Assembly: GCA_018696595.1 (NCBI GenBank)
Contig: JABHQW010000002.1
Span: 1 to 64,000, forward strand
Direction: 5' to 3'
DNA from: Candidatus Woesearchaeota archaeon
GTDB taxonomy: Archaea > Nanobdellota > Nanobdellia > Woesearchaeales > GW2011-AR9
Length of the DNA: 64,000 nt
Shown: positions 1 through 9,591 of the stretch, in pieces
Numbering within the stretch: position 1 is the first letter of the stretch
Layout: the number at the start of each line of letters is the position of its first letter
Position numbers and translations under genes: made by a program
Notes under the pieces: model-generated
Databases searched by the model: none
What the model saw: only the letters and a program-made list of their open reading frames with translations
What the model was told of the DNA's origin: nothing

Positions 1-1
1 A

Positions 2-301
2 AAAGAATGGTGGGAAGTTCAGACTAAGAATTTTTATTCTCGCGATGAAGATCTTTGCAAAAACCTTGCTCTAGAGATTATGAAATTTCCCCACCAATAT
101 ATTAGAAGAGTTTCTGAAATTGTTAGCAATTACGCATATACTATTGGTGTGAAATCAGAACCCGTACTTTTTGGAAACAATACGACCGGGCCATGGTGGG
201 TACATCGAACTATTTACAACATAAAAGATTGCTTTGGGTCCCAAAGTGAGACATTGAAAAGAATTGAAAATACTAGAAGAATAGCTGAGGAGGAAAAATA
301 A
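2..301 (+). CDS. Hypothetical protein, 5'-truncated by the window edge
   Basis: The frame of track ORF 80..301 is open back to position 2 (KEWWEVQTKNFYSRDEDLCK...). No family recognised. Confidence 0.6.
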   Translation, partial: KEWWEVQTKNFYSRDEDLCKNLALEIMKFPHQYIRRVSEIVSNYAYTIGVKSEPVLFGNNTTGPWWVHRTIYNIKDCFGSQSETLKRIENTRRIAEEEK

Positions 302-303
302 AA

Positions 304-630
304 ATGGAAGAAACAAAAGAATTAGAACAAAAATTACAAGATTTAGTACAATCTGCTCCGGTGATGGGGGTTAGAATATCTCCCAATTTAGCAACTCAAG
401 AGCATTTTGACCCTATTTTTGTGGCTTTGGATCTCCTTAAATTGAAAGAAAAAGAAGTTGGAGTTAAAGGAGCAGCCACATATCTGATTGAAGAGATGAT
501 GACTACCCAATATGCTGCAGAATTATTTGTATTTGTAATTGATGTTTATACTCGGAATCGTTTAGAAAGTAATGACCTTCAAGAATTGGTAGATAGTCAT
601 GTTAAGCAATATCGTAAGCTACATGAATAA
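304..630 (+). CDS. Hypothetical protein (108 aa)
   Basis: ORF packed 2 bp after the previous stop. No recognisable motif. Confidence 0.6.
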   Translation: MEETKELEQKLQDLVQSAPVMGVRISPNLATQEHFDPIFVALDLLKLKEKEVGVKGAATYLIEEMMTTQYAAELFVFVIDVYTRNRLESNDLQELVDSHVKQYRKLHE

Positions 631-661
631 ATTAAAAAATAAATATAGGGGGAAAAATAAA

Positions 662-940
662 ATGGTTGAATACACAAAACGTGAACAAGAACTTATGGGG
701 ACATACTTTGAAAACAAAGGAGAGAAATTAATGAGTAACGAAGAGAAATATGAAGCTTACAAAAATATGACTCCCAACCAAAGAAATCAAAATATAAACG
801 GAATCCAAAACGCAATCTGGGCCAGATTAAGTTTAGACAACGCAGATGTCTTTGATGGAGAAGATGATGGCTGGAAGTTAAAAATGTTACAAGATAACTT
901 AAGCATTCTGGAATTAGTTGCATCTGGGAAAGAATTGTAA
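662..940 (+). CDS. Hypothetical protein (92 aa; start moved from 599 to ATG 662)
   Basis: ATG 662 follows an RBS-like GGGGGA and avoids overlap with the upstream ORF. No family recognised. Confidence 0.55.
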   Translation: MVEYTKREQELMGTYFENKGEKLMSNEEKYEAYKNMTPNQRNQNINGIQNAIWARLSLDNADVFDGEDDGWKLKMLQDNLSILELVASGKEL

Positions 941-979
941 TAACAAAAGTTATAAACCATAAAAAGATCATTTAAAACA

Positions 980-1567
980 ATGAAAGAAATAATCTTAGCA
1001 TCAACCAGTCCAAGAAGACACGACTTACTTAACCAAATTGGTTTAAAGTTTAAAATTGTTCCTAGTAACTATGAGGAGGACATGACTTTAAAACTTCCTC
1101 CACACAAATTGGCAATGTTTTTAGCTAAGGGAAAAGCTTCAGATGTTGCAGAAAGAAGAAAATCAGGAATTGTTATTGGCGTAGATACTTTTGTAGTTTT
1201 TAACAAAGAAGTCATTGGTAAACCCCACAATAAAGTTAAAGCAAAAGAAACTTTAAAAAAGATTTCTGGGAAAACTTTGAAAGTTTATTCTGGTGTGGCA
1301 ATAATTGATGCTAAGACAAAAAAAGAAATTGTTGATTATGAAATTAGTAAAGTTAAGATCAGAAAGATAACTACTTTAGAAATTAAGAAGTATATTGATA
1401 CTGAAGAACCTTTAGATAAAGCTGGTGCTTTTGGAATGCAGGGATTAGGTGCAATCTTTGTGGCCAAAGTTGATGGCTGCTATTCAAACGTCGTTGGTTT
1501 GCCTTTACATAACTTAGAAAAAAATTTAGCAAAAATGGGTATTGACGTTTTTTCTTATCAAGAATAA
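980..1567 (+). CDS. maf: Maf/YhdE-family nucleoside triphosphate pyrophosphatase
   Basis: Motifs IILASTSPRR, GVDT, GKP, DKAGAFG and NVVGLP. Confidence 0.95.
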   Translation: MKEIILASTSPRRHDLLNQIGLKFKIVPSNYEEDMTLKLPPHKLAMFLAKGKASDVAERRKSGIVIGVDTFVVFNKEVIGKPHNKVKAKETLKKISGKTLKVYSGVAIIDAKTKKEIVDYEISKVKIRKITTLEIKKYIDTEEPLDKAGAFGMQGLGAIFVAKVDGCYSNVVGLPLHNLEKNLAKMGIDVFSYQE

Positions 1568-1587
1568 ATAAATTAAAAGAAATAAAA

Positions 1588-1962
1588 TTAAACTAAAACG
1601 CCACAAACAGAACCTTCTTGTCCAGGACGAGAAGTGATTCTTACTTTTCCAAGTTTAGTTTCAACGATTGCTCCTTTTGTAATAACGTTTCTTCTAACCA
1701 AGTTTGGATTTGCTGGATTCTCAACTACGTTTAAAATTTCTGTTTTAGTGGTCTTGCCTTTTTTATCAGTAACACTAATTTGATTAGTAGATAAAGTAGA
1801 TCTTTTTTTATTACCACCAAGAATTCTTTTTAACTTAGTTTTAAGGTCCCCTAATCTAGTGTTTGTTTGGTAACCTGCTAATTCGTACTTCTTTTTAGCT
1901 TGGGTAGATTTGTACCTTCCGCCAGATAATTTTCTTTTTGATTTTGCTTGTGATCTTGCCAT
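1588..1962 (-). CDS. rps8e: 30S ribosomal protein S8e
   Basis: Motifs SGGRY, VVENPANPNLVRRNVITKGAIVET and ITSRPGQEG. Confidence 0.97.
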   Translation of the reverse strand: MARSQAKSKRKLSGGRYKSTQAKKKYELAGYQTNTRLGDLKTKLKRILGGNKKRSTLSTNQISVTDKKGKTTKTEILNVVENPANPNLVRRNVITKGAIVETKLGKVRITSRPGQEGSVCGVLV

Positions 1963-1971
1963 TGTTATGCT

Positions 1972-3873
1972 TTATATTTGGGTTCGCTTTTTAAAGGTTT
2001 TGGTTAACTTTGGTTTACTTTTGTTTTTTACAATCTTTTCTTTAATGCTCTTATTGCCATTCCAATCTAAAGCAAATTCTAAAACCTCTTCAATCTTCGT
2101 TACAGGGATGATTCTTACTTTTGCTAGTTTGCTTTTATCAACAACAATATCTTGTAAATTAGATCTTGGAACGATGATTGTTTTAATACCAGTATCAATT
2201 GCTGCTTCAACTTTTGAAGAAACCCCCCCTACTGGTAAGACTGATCCTCGCACTGATAATGATCCCGTCATGGCAATATCTTGTTTAACTGGGATATTCT
2301 TTAATGCTGAAATAATGGATGTAGCCACGGCAATACTAGCAGAGTCTCCTTCAACACCTTCATGGGTTTGTAAGAACTGTACAAAAATATCACGGGTTTC
2401 TTTAATGTCTTCTCCAAAGTACTTCATTACAATTGCAGAAACGTTCTTAACTGCTTCTTTAGCGATCTCCCCTAATTTTCCTGTGGCGATAATCTCAGAC
2501 TTCTTTCCACCAGGAGTCACTTCTGCTTCAATTGGTAATAAGATTCCAGAATAAGCAGAACCTGAACCAATTACTGCCAATCCATTAACTCTACCAACTA
2601 GTTTTCCTTTTGTAACAATAACTTCATATTCTTTTTTTCGTTCAATGTGTTTATCTGCTATTTGTTGTTCTAATGGTCTCGCTAATTTCTTTGCCCCTTT
2701 AACATGTTCTGCAGTAACATGGGTGGCTTTTTCTTCCTTTGCTAAATCTCCTGCAGCTCTAACTAAACCTCCTAAACCCCTTAAATGTAAGGTTAAATGT
2801 CCTTTTCTATTAGCTCTTCTTCTTGCTTCTTGAAGTATTGCTTTTACCGCATCAACGTTAAAGTGAGGGATTTTGCCATCTTCTCTTTTAACTTCTTGAG
2901 CAACAAATCTGGCAATTTTGTTTTGGTTAGATTTATTATCAACCATCGTTTCGTTCATATAAATTTCATATCCATAACCACGAATTCTTGAACGTAATGC
3001 TGGATGCATACTTTTGAGAGTTTCCATGTTTCCTGCTGCAACTAAAACAAAGTCACAAGGCACCGGTTCTGTTCTAACCATTGCTCCTGCTGATCGTTCA
3101 GATTGGCCAGTGATCGGAAACTTTTTTTCTTGTATTGCTGATAATAACTCTTGCTGGGTTCTTGGATGTAATGTAGCAATTTCATCTATGAATAATACTC
3201 CCAAATTTGCTTTGTGGATCATTCCACCGACAACTCTTTGATTTGCTGGTGTTCCTAAACCGCCGCTTTGGAAAGGATCATGAAGTACATCTCCTAATAA
3301 TGCCCCAGCATGTGCTCCGGTGGCTTCAAAGAATGATGCTTGTTTTTTACCAAAGTTATCTACAATTACTTTCGGAGCAATCACATTACTTGTTTTAAAC
3401 ATTTTTGGTCCCATACTAGTCATGATCGCAAATGCTGCTAAGAATAACATTCCTCCTAAAAAGAATGCAGTAAACATTAAATCTGATTTGTAATGGTATC
3501 TAATCCACCATGGTGCGATTAATGTAACGATTGCTACAATGAATAATAAGAAATTATTGTTTTTTAGAACTTGTTTGCCATCAATTCGGTATTTTTTAAC
3601 TTCTTCTCGGCCAGTTCCTGCAGGAAGTTCTTTAATTAATGGATGATTATCGTCATTTGGATTGTGGAATGATAAAGTGTCTTTCAATTCTGATTTAGGA
3701 AGAAGTTCAGCTAATGCTAATCCTAGCATCGATTTTCCTGTTCCAGGGTCTCCAATTAATAGCACGTGTCTTCGCTGTTGAGCTGCTTTTTTAATTATCT
3801 CAACTCCTGCTTCTTGCCCAATAACTTGATTGACAATGTCCTTTGGTACTTTGATATCTTTAGTAGTCTTCAT
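1972..3873 (-). CDS. lonB: Archaeal membrane-anchored ATP-dependent protease LonB
   Basis: Walker A GDPGTGKS, two TM segments inside the AAA domain, Walker B LFIDEI, catalytic Ser in EGDSAS and [10 protein letters not shown]. Confidence 0.95.
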   Translation of the reverse strand: MKTTKDIKVPKDIVNQVIGQEAGVEIIKKAAQQRRHVLLIGDPGTGKSMLGLALAELLPKSELKDTLSFHNPNDDNHPLIKELPAGTGREEVKKYRIDGKQVLKNNNFLLFIVAIVTLIAPWWIRYHYKSDLMFTAFFLGGMLFLAAFAIMTSMGPKMFKTSNVIAPKVIVDNFGKKQASFFEATGAHAGALLGDVLHDPFQSGGLGTPANQRVVGGMIHKANLGVLFIDEIATLHPRTQQELLSAIQEKKFPITGQSERSAGAMVRTEPVPCDFVLVAAGNMETLKSMHPALRSRIRGYGYEIYMNETMVDNKSNQNKIARFVAQEVKREDGKIPHFNVDAVKAILQEARRRANRKGHLTLHLRGLGGLVRAAGDLAKEEKATHVTAEHVKGAKKLARPLEQQIADKHIERKKEYEVIVTKGKLVGRVNGLAVIGSGSAYSGILLPIEAEVTPGGKKSEIIATGKLGEIAKEAVKNVSAIVMKYFGEDIKETRDIFVQFLQTHEGVEGDSASIAVATSIISALKNIPVKQDIAMTGSLSVRGSVLPVGGVSSKVEAAIDTGIKTIIVPRSNLQDIVVDKSKLAKVRIIPVTKIEEVLEFALDWNGNKSIKEKIVKNKSKPKLTKTFKKRTQI

Positions 3874-3958
3874 ATTATTTAATTGATTTACAGAACATCT
3901 GACCTCTTATTTATATTACTTTCTTAAGGGTATTTAAAAGAATTGTGGTATTAATCTC

Positions 3959-4693
3959 TTATTTAGCTTTCCTGCCTTTAGCCAGCTTAACATGAATCTC
4001 ATCAAAAGGTTCGCTTTGGGTAGTTTCAACTTTACGTTGGTTTTCCAAATGGAGAAGTGGAATGAATGTGTAAACTTTATCTTGTTTGCTTGGTCTTGGT
4101 GGCAAAAGTCTAGTGAAAGTTAATTTGCTATCCTTTTCTTTGTTGGTGTAATAAGTGATTTTGTGATACAAATCATAGATTACTTCCATGATGTCAATAC
4201 TTTTTTTAGGCATCTGATATTTAACTGGCCTTTGCTTAGCAATAATTCTTTTCTTACTTTCCATTGCTCTTTGCAAAGCATTAACTAAATCATGAATGGA
4301 AACTTTTCTGCTCCTGGGTTGTGGTTGTCTTGGAATTAATTGATATTTTTGTTGTTCTCTTCTTTGTTTATACATTTCTTCGCCAATATCTTCCAACATT
4401 TCTTCTTCAGAAAGATCACCTTGATTGATCAGTTTGTCTAAGTTAGTGATTCCATACTCTAACAAATGACTAGATTTCATTTTTAACAGAATTGCTGCCG
4501 CTAAAACTACTTTCCCAGAAACTTTTAAATCGTGTTCATGCATATCTTTAACTAACTGGATATATCTTTTAGTTAGCATAGAAATATTTACATCCCAGGG
4601 ATTCATCTGTTCCGTTTTAACCAAGTCATACAGAATAGATTTCCAACCAACCTCTTCTTGTTCAATGATTAAATCAAAGATTTTTTGTTGCAT
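3959..4693 (-). CDS. scpA: Segregation and condensation protein A (kleisin)
   Basis: N-terminal MNPWDVNI...GKVVLAAAILLKMKS and C-terminal winged-helix TFIPLLHLENQRKV. Confidence 0.88.
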   Translation of the reverse strand: MQQKIFDLIIEQEEVGWKSILYDLVKTEQMNPWDVNISMLTKRYIQLVKDMHEHDLKVSGKVVLAAAILLKMKSSHLLEYGITNLDKLINQGDLSEEEMLEDIGEEMYKQRREQQKYQLIPRQPQPRSRKVSIHDLVNALQRAMESKKRIIAKQRPVKYQMPKKSIDIMEVIYDLYHKITYYTNKEKDSKLTFTRLLPPRPSKQDKVYTFIPLLHLENQRKVETTQSEPFDEIHVKLAKGRKAK

Positions 4694-4743
4694 TTCTTAT
4701 CTTAAAGGAAAATTTATGGTTTTATAAGGTTTATTGTTTTATA

Positions 4744-4863
4744 ACCTCAGAGAATAAGATGAATGTAATGGGCCCACCCGGACTGATTTTAAAATAATCT
4801 GTCTCGAACCGGACAAGGTCACTTCACTTCGTTACGTTCGTTGCCCTCTCTCGTCCGGGAATC
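4744..4863 (-). repeat. Degenerate tandem duplicate of the tRNA-Val 3' end plus trailer, interrupted by two hairpin insertions
   Basis: Minus strand reads GATTCCCGG[46 nt]TTCGA[20 nt]GTCCGGGTGGGCCCA, versus the tRNA GATCCCCGGTTCGAGTCCGGGTGGGCCCA. The 25-nt trailers match at 19/25. Offset to the real tRNA is 120 bp. Confidence 0.85.
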
Positions 4864-4888
4864 GCTTCTGAGAATAAGATGAAAATAG

Positions 4889-4980
4889 TGGGCCCACCCG
4901 GACTCGAACCGGGGATCAATGCCTCACTTATTCCTTGCGGAAATGTAAGGGCACTGTCATAGCCACTAGACCATAGGCCC
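4889..4980 (-). tRNA. trnV: tRNA-Val(TAC) with a 19-nt intron at 37/38 (intron 4925..4943); CCA not encoded
   Basis: Acceptor GGGCCTA/TGGGCCC, anticodon stem GTGCC/GGCAT, anticodon at 4945..4947, T-loop TTCGAGT. Perfect bulge-helix-bulge: central CTTA/TAAG, bulges CAT and TGA, intron hairpin TTCC-GCAA-GGAA. Confidence 0.97.
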
Positions 4981-5084
4981 ATTATTAGTTACTAGATTTG
5001 ATTTCATTTAAAAATGTTTCTTTGATTCTGATTAGTTTAATATACGAAACGTTAATAAATAATATTATATTCTTATACTTAAAG

Positions 5085-8009
5085 ATGGGGATTAAAGATG
5101 TTTTAAAATTTAAAAGTACACTTTTTCTGCTTAACCAAGATTTTATTTCTGCTAGATTTGTTGTAAGAAGTACTCGGATGGAGAAAAGAACTGAAAAACG
5201 TCTAGAAGCCGAGATCTTAGAAGAAGGTGAAGTACAACGGTTAAGAACAGAGAACCAAAAAAGAATTTCTGATACTTCTCGTTTATTGGGTAAAGTTGAT
5301 GTTGCTGATGCTCATTCTTTAAAGGAAGGAATTGCTACATTACGTAAAACTTTCCAGTTAGAAAAGATGACTGTTACAGAATTAAAAAAGTATAGTAGAA
5401 ATTTACACAAACAAGTTAGACTGATTGCTAAAATTATTGAAAACCTTCATCAATTAGTGTTAAGAGAAGATTTAGAAGTTGTTCATGATACTCGTGCTCC
5501 ATTAAATGCGGTGGACCATTTTGCTCATCAACTTAAAAAAGTTGTTCCTAAATTATTACGTCAAAAATTATCTCCAGAAGTAGAAAAAAAAGTACGAGAA
5601 ATAGTTAAAGGTATAGGCGAAGAATTAGAAAAACTGGTTGGAGAAGTATTAAGTTTTACAAAAAACAATTTGTCTTTTTATCAAAGTAAAAGTACTAAGA
5701 GAACATTAGCTCAACATTTACGTGAACGTACCACCTTTAAAAGAAAAATCAATGGTAAAGTTCAATGGGTTCTAATTCAAATAAAGGATTTAGAAAACAG
5801 GTTAAGAAAAGAATTAAATTCTAAAGAAACTAAAAGTCTTCAACAAGCGTTACTTAACGAATTAGCATATTTTAGTAAACAATTTGAGGAATTGATTAAA
5901 TTTAGTATTTTAAGGGTACAAATTGCAGAATTTATGATTATTGAAGCAATGAAGAAAGAAAAAGAGTTGACTCATGAATTAATGGGAATAAAAGAAGAGG
6001 CTACAAAGTTTTTTACTAAATTGAATATGCAAAGAATGAAGTTGGTTGTCCGAGGTAAACAACAACATAAAAAAGAATGGTATCAAAGTCGTGCTTGGGC
6101 ATTCTCTGAACAAAAACAGGCTATTGATGCAACAGTTAAAGCATTAGACAAAAAAGTTAGTTTAGAAGAAAATCGCTTTGGTGTTACTTTAGAACTTACA
6201 CGAAGAAATTTAGTTGCTGAACTTAATACTGAATTAAAAAAGGAAGATAAGATTAGACTCCAAGAGGTTAAAGCTGCAAAACAAACTGCTGGTAATGTGG
6301 GTACTCTAATGCGACGTGGCACTCAAGTTTTAGTTGCTGGAATGTTAATGACCCTTGGTGCTAATGCTTTAAACAATGGTCTTCCCAGAATGTCTGTTCA
6401 GGCAGTAGAAGAAAAAGCGATTGAACAAACAATGAGTTCAGAAGATATTGAACGATTAAGAAGAACCCCTAAACTAGCAGCAGAGTTTGCTGAGAAAATT
6501 GGAACAATTATTGAGGATAAAAGTGTTCAAACAGTTGATGCAGTTGAGACATTAGCAGTTAAAGTTGCTAGAGGGATTAAAACTGAATTGGCCGAAGCAA
6601 AGAAACAAGAAGAAGCCGCTAAAAAGAAAGTAGTTGAAACCAAAAAGGAAGAAGCTAAGAAGGCTGAGAAAGTTAAAGTTGCTAGACCTAAGAAGAAAGA
6701 GGAGAAAAAGGAAAATGCTCGAAGAAAACTTGCTGGAGCAGGTAAAGGCCAAGGAAGTAGAGGGATCGACACTAATGTCCCAAAAACACCAATTGATAAA
6801 GAAGTTGGTTTTGCTAAACTTTTATTTAATGGGGCAGGATTTGAATTAGATCAAAACGGAAATACTTATTATTTTAAATTTACTCGCAAAAATGTTGCTA
6901 TTGATTTAGCAAGTTACACAGAACTGATTCAACTGAAAGCGGAAGCGCTTGAACACACTTCTTTCAGAAAACTTGAAATGACTGTACATGAAAACTTAAT
7001 TGTCAAGTCTTTATCTGAAAATGCTGTTCTTAAAGTTACAGTAGATAAACAAAGATTGACTTTTGAATGTTTTGATGTTATTTTAATTGATGGGCCAACA
7101 ACTTTAATTGTTAATGCTGGCAAAGATATTAAAGTTAAATCTACTGGTCGGCCAGATTTAGATTATGCTGGAGATGATTTAGTTAAAGAAGTTCTTTCAG
7201 TTAATCTTGCTGGAAAGAAAGTTGATCAAGTAACTTTGGTGGATGACAATTATTTCCCCGATGTTCCTATTATGGGTAAATACCTTGGCAAATCCTTTAT
7301 TACTGAAAAAGATTTCTTGGATGTTTTGAATAGTATGTTGAAATATCCTGTTTATTGGGGTGCCCCAGGGATTAATGATTCAGATCACTATAATATTGTT
7401 TGTAACGGACTGATGAGGAGTATGTTCTTAGCAATGTTAGGTAACCAATTTATTGTTCATGCTCAAAAGAATGGTTTAGGAAAACCAATTGATATGAGAA
7501 GAAATACTAAATGGAAAAAGTATTTTAGCAAAGTTGGGGTTACAGAAAATATTTTTAGTAAAAATAAACTAAAAAAGATTGTTGATGTTGATGGTAAGCT
7601 CTTAATTAAGAGTGGGCTAAATAAAAAACAAAAAAAGCAATCTAAAAGAGTTGGAAAATTAGAGTTTACTAAATTTGGTGAATATCTTAAGATTATTGGA
7701 GTAAAACCAATGCCTGGTATGGTTATTATGTTAGCTCATAAAGGAACTGGGGGAACGTTAAGACACGCCGTAATTATTGGGGAAGTTGACGGTTATAATA
7801 TTAAGAATGTTTATGCTGCTTCCTCTAAAGAATTTAAAAAAATTGGTGGGGAACGCGGAAGTGGGATGGCTCAAGTCAAGAAACGAACACTTGATATTTA
7901 TGATGGGTATTACGTTGAACAAGTTATTGATAGTTATACTTATCTTGCTAAAATGGGACTTGGTCAACCGCAATTAGCTTATATTGATTCTGTGAATAAG
8001 GTGAACTAA
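5085..8009 (+). CDS. Large membrane-anchored protein with N-terminal coiled coil, Lys/Glu-rich linker and C-terminal NlpC/P60-like domain
   Basis: Start moved from 4998 to ATG 5085. Hydrophobic segment VLVAGMLMTLGANAL. C-terminal YPVYWG...IVCNGL...PGMVIML...RHAVII...YAASS resembles the NlpC/P60 Cys-His layout. Confidence 0.6.
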   Translation: MGIKDVLKFKSTLFLLNQDFISARFVVRSTRMEKRTEKRLEAEILEEGEVQRLRTENQKRISDTSRLLGKVDVADAHSLKEGIATLRKTFQLEKMTVTELKKYSRNLHKQVRLIAKIIENLHQLVLREDLEVVHDTRAPLNAVDHFAHQLKKVVPKLLRQKLSPEVEKKVREIVKGIGEELEKLVGEVLSFTKNNLSFYQSKSTKRTLAQHLRERTTFKRKINGKVQWVLIQIKDLENRLRKELNSKETKSLQQALLNELAYFSKQFEELIKFSILRVQIAEFMIIEAMKKEKELTHELMGIKEEATKFFTKLNMQRMKLVVRGKQQHKKEWYQSRAWAFSEQKQAIDATVKALDKKVSLEENRFGVTLELTRRNLVAELNTELKKEDKIRLQEVKAAKQTAGNVGTLMRRGTQVLVAGMLMTLGANALNNGLPRMSVQAVEEKAIEQTMSSEDIERLRRTPKLAAEFAEKIGTIIEDKSVQTVDAVETLAVKVARGIKTELAEAKKQEEAAKKKVVETKKEEAKKAEKVKVARPKKKEEKKENARRKLAGAGKGQGSRGIDTNVPKTPIDKEVGFAKLLFNGAGFELDQNGNTYYFKFTRKNVAIDLASYTELIQLKAEALEHTSFRKLEMTVHENLIVKSLSENAVLKVTVDKQRLTFECFDVILIDGPTTLIVNAGKDIKVKSTGRPDLDYAGDDLVKEVLSVNLAGKKVDQVTLVDDNYFPDVPIMGKYLGKSFITEKDFLDVLNSMLKYPVYWGAPGINDSDHYNIVCNGLMRSMFLAMLGNQFIVHAQKNGLGKPIDMRRNTKWKKYFSKVGVTENIFSKNKLKKIVDVDGKLLIKSGLNKKQKKQSKRVGKLEFTKFGEYLKIIGVKPMPGMVIMLAHKGTGGTLRHAVIIGEVDGYNIKNVYAASSKEFKKIGGERGSGMAQVKKRTLDIYDGYYVEQVIDSYTYLAKMGLGQPQLAYIDSVNKVN

Positions 8010-8010
8010 A

Positions 8011-9591
8011 ATGATTACTATCGGTTCGCGAAAAGAACTTGCTGGCATTAGTGATGAATTCAAGAACGTTTGGATTACTTTTATTCGAAAATTTAAGCGA
8101 ACTTTTCCTGGAAGAGTAATTCGGAAAAAGATATCTTCTGAAGATTTTTCTAAGAACTTGGATCAACTTCTTGAGTATTTGAAGATTCTTTGGGGTGAAG
8201 TAGTTACAAAGACTAAGGTATTGACGACAAAGGAAGAGTATAATCAAGCAAAGAAAGATTTTATTGGACTTGCAGAAGAAATTGAAGAACTTATTGATAT
8301 TCTCACTGAGATTAAAAAGAAATCCTCACAATTTGGTAGTGTGGTTACTTATAAACAAATTAATATTTATCTTGAACTAGCAACAAAAAACATTACTGAA
8401 ATTAAAGCATTAATTACTGTCGCTGTTGCGTCTTATCTAAGAGTGGGGAGAAGAAGGTTTCTTAAAACAATAGTGAAGGGCGGTGCCGTTGCGGTTGTTG
8501 CATCAATTGGGTTGGGCCATCTTAGTTTAAATTATATGAACCTTTTGTCTAGGCTCGCCAAGAATTTACCTGTTCTTAAAGAAAATGGGCTAGCAATTTT
8601 AATTAGTTATGATATTCATCCAAATTGGTATGAAGAATTAGCATTCAAGTTTAAAGATGAATTTTTACCTGCCTATATTGCTAGAGTTGAGCTCGCTTTT
8701 GGACAAAGAGCTAATGTTGTTAATGGGTATAGGACAGATTTAGAGAAGGTTTCTAAAGATGGTCTGATTAGTGGTGCTTTAAAGAGAGGAGCTACAAGAG
8801 ACGATTTGATTAAAGTGATTAAAGATCCCCTTATTCAGAATATTGTTGTTTTTGGCCATGGGACCTGGACTTCTTGGGTGGCTACTGGAGATGATAATGT
8901 TTGGGCAAATGATTTGATAGGGGAATCTTTGCCGAGAAAGAAAGGCAAATTATTAAAACATACTTGCGGCGTTTATCGCAAGAAATGGGTTGGTAAAGGA
9001 ATAAAATATTCTAAAAAAGATTGGGGCGGAGGAGTTTTAGAAGCGTTAAAAGTAATAAATGGGAGGATGAAAGATCATTTTGAAATTCATGTTTCATTTC
9101 GTGATGCTTACTTTTCTTATCGTGAAAATAATGGGGATCTTGGTGATGGGGAAATTTATGGGTTTATTGATTTTAAGATTAAAGGTAAAGGTAGATTTGA
9201 TTTTTTTGGATTTGGAAAAACTCTTTTTGAATCTAAACTTAGTTCTTTAGATGATGTTCCAGAAATAAGTGATCCCTTGTTATTTAACTTAAAAGAAATT
9301 ATTCAACATACAGATGATCCCAGAGCGATTGAAGACTTAAAGAATTTTCTTCATGAACTAAGATTTTATCTTAAATCTAATTGTTTGAAATTGGATATAG
9401 ATAAAACTCCCCTTTTTGGGACATCGGTTTACAAAGAAAACCGCATTTATGGGTGGGATCGTATAACTTCCCCCATAGACTTTTTGTTTGATCCTTTTGG
9501 AAACAAGCAAGAAGATTATATTTATACTATGGCTGCGGAAGAGAAAGCTAAAGAGAAAGCCGAGAAATCTGCAGAAGAGGCTACTTCTTAA
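8011..9591 (+). CDS. Protein with N-terminal helical region, internal twin-arginine motif and clan CD (caspase/gingipain-fold)-like domain
   Basis: GRRRFLK followed by a hydrophobic stretch at aa 146-170. IVVFGHG and LLKHTCG give a His-Gly ... Cys dyad pattern. Confidence 0.5.
   Translation: MITIGSRKELAGISDEFKNVWITFIRKFKRTFPGRVIRKKISSEDFSKNLDQLLEYLKILWGEVVTKTKVLTTKEEYNQAKKDFIGLAEEIEELIDILTEIKKKSSQFGSVVTYKQINIYLELATKNITEIKALITVAVASYLRVGRRRFLKTIVKGGAVAVVASIGLGHLSLNYMNLLSRLAKNLPVLKENGLAILISYDIHPNWYEELAFKFKDEFLPAYIARVELAFGQRANVVNGYRTDLEKVSKDGLISGALKRGATRDDLIKVIKDPLIQNIVVFGHGTWTSWVATGDDNVWANDLIGESLPRKKGKLLKHTCGVYRKKWVGKGIKYSKKDWGGGVLEALKVINGRMKDHFEIHVSFRDAYFSYRENNGDLGDGEIYGFIDFKIKGKGRFDFFGFGKTLFESKLSSLDDVPEISDPLLFNLKEIIQHTDDPRAIEDLKNFLHELRFYLKSNCLKLDIDKTPLFGTSVYKENRIYGWDRITSPIDFLFDPFGNKQEDYIYTMAAEEKAKEKAEKSAEEATS

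Noticed and set aside
1910-3398. Plus-strand ORFs opposite lonB and rps8e (1910..2554, 2645..2833, 2797..2991, 3014..3241, 3207..3398)
   Set aside because: Antisense shadows of well-supported genes, with no motifs of their own.
4785-4804. Possible T-loop intron making the ghost a split or permuted tRNA half
   Set aside because: No bulge-helix-bulge could be drawn around the 20-nt insert, the T-stem is also interrupted, and no complementary leader for trans-splicing is visible.
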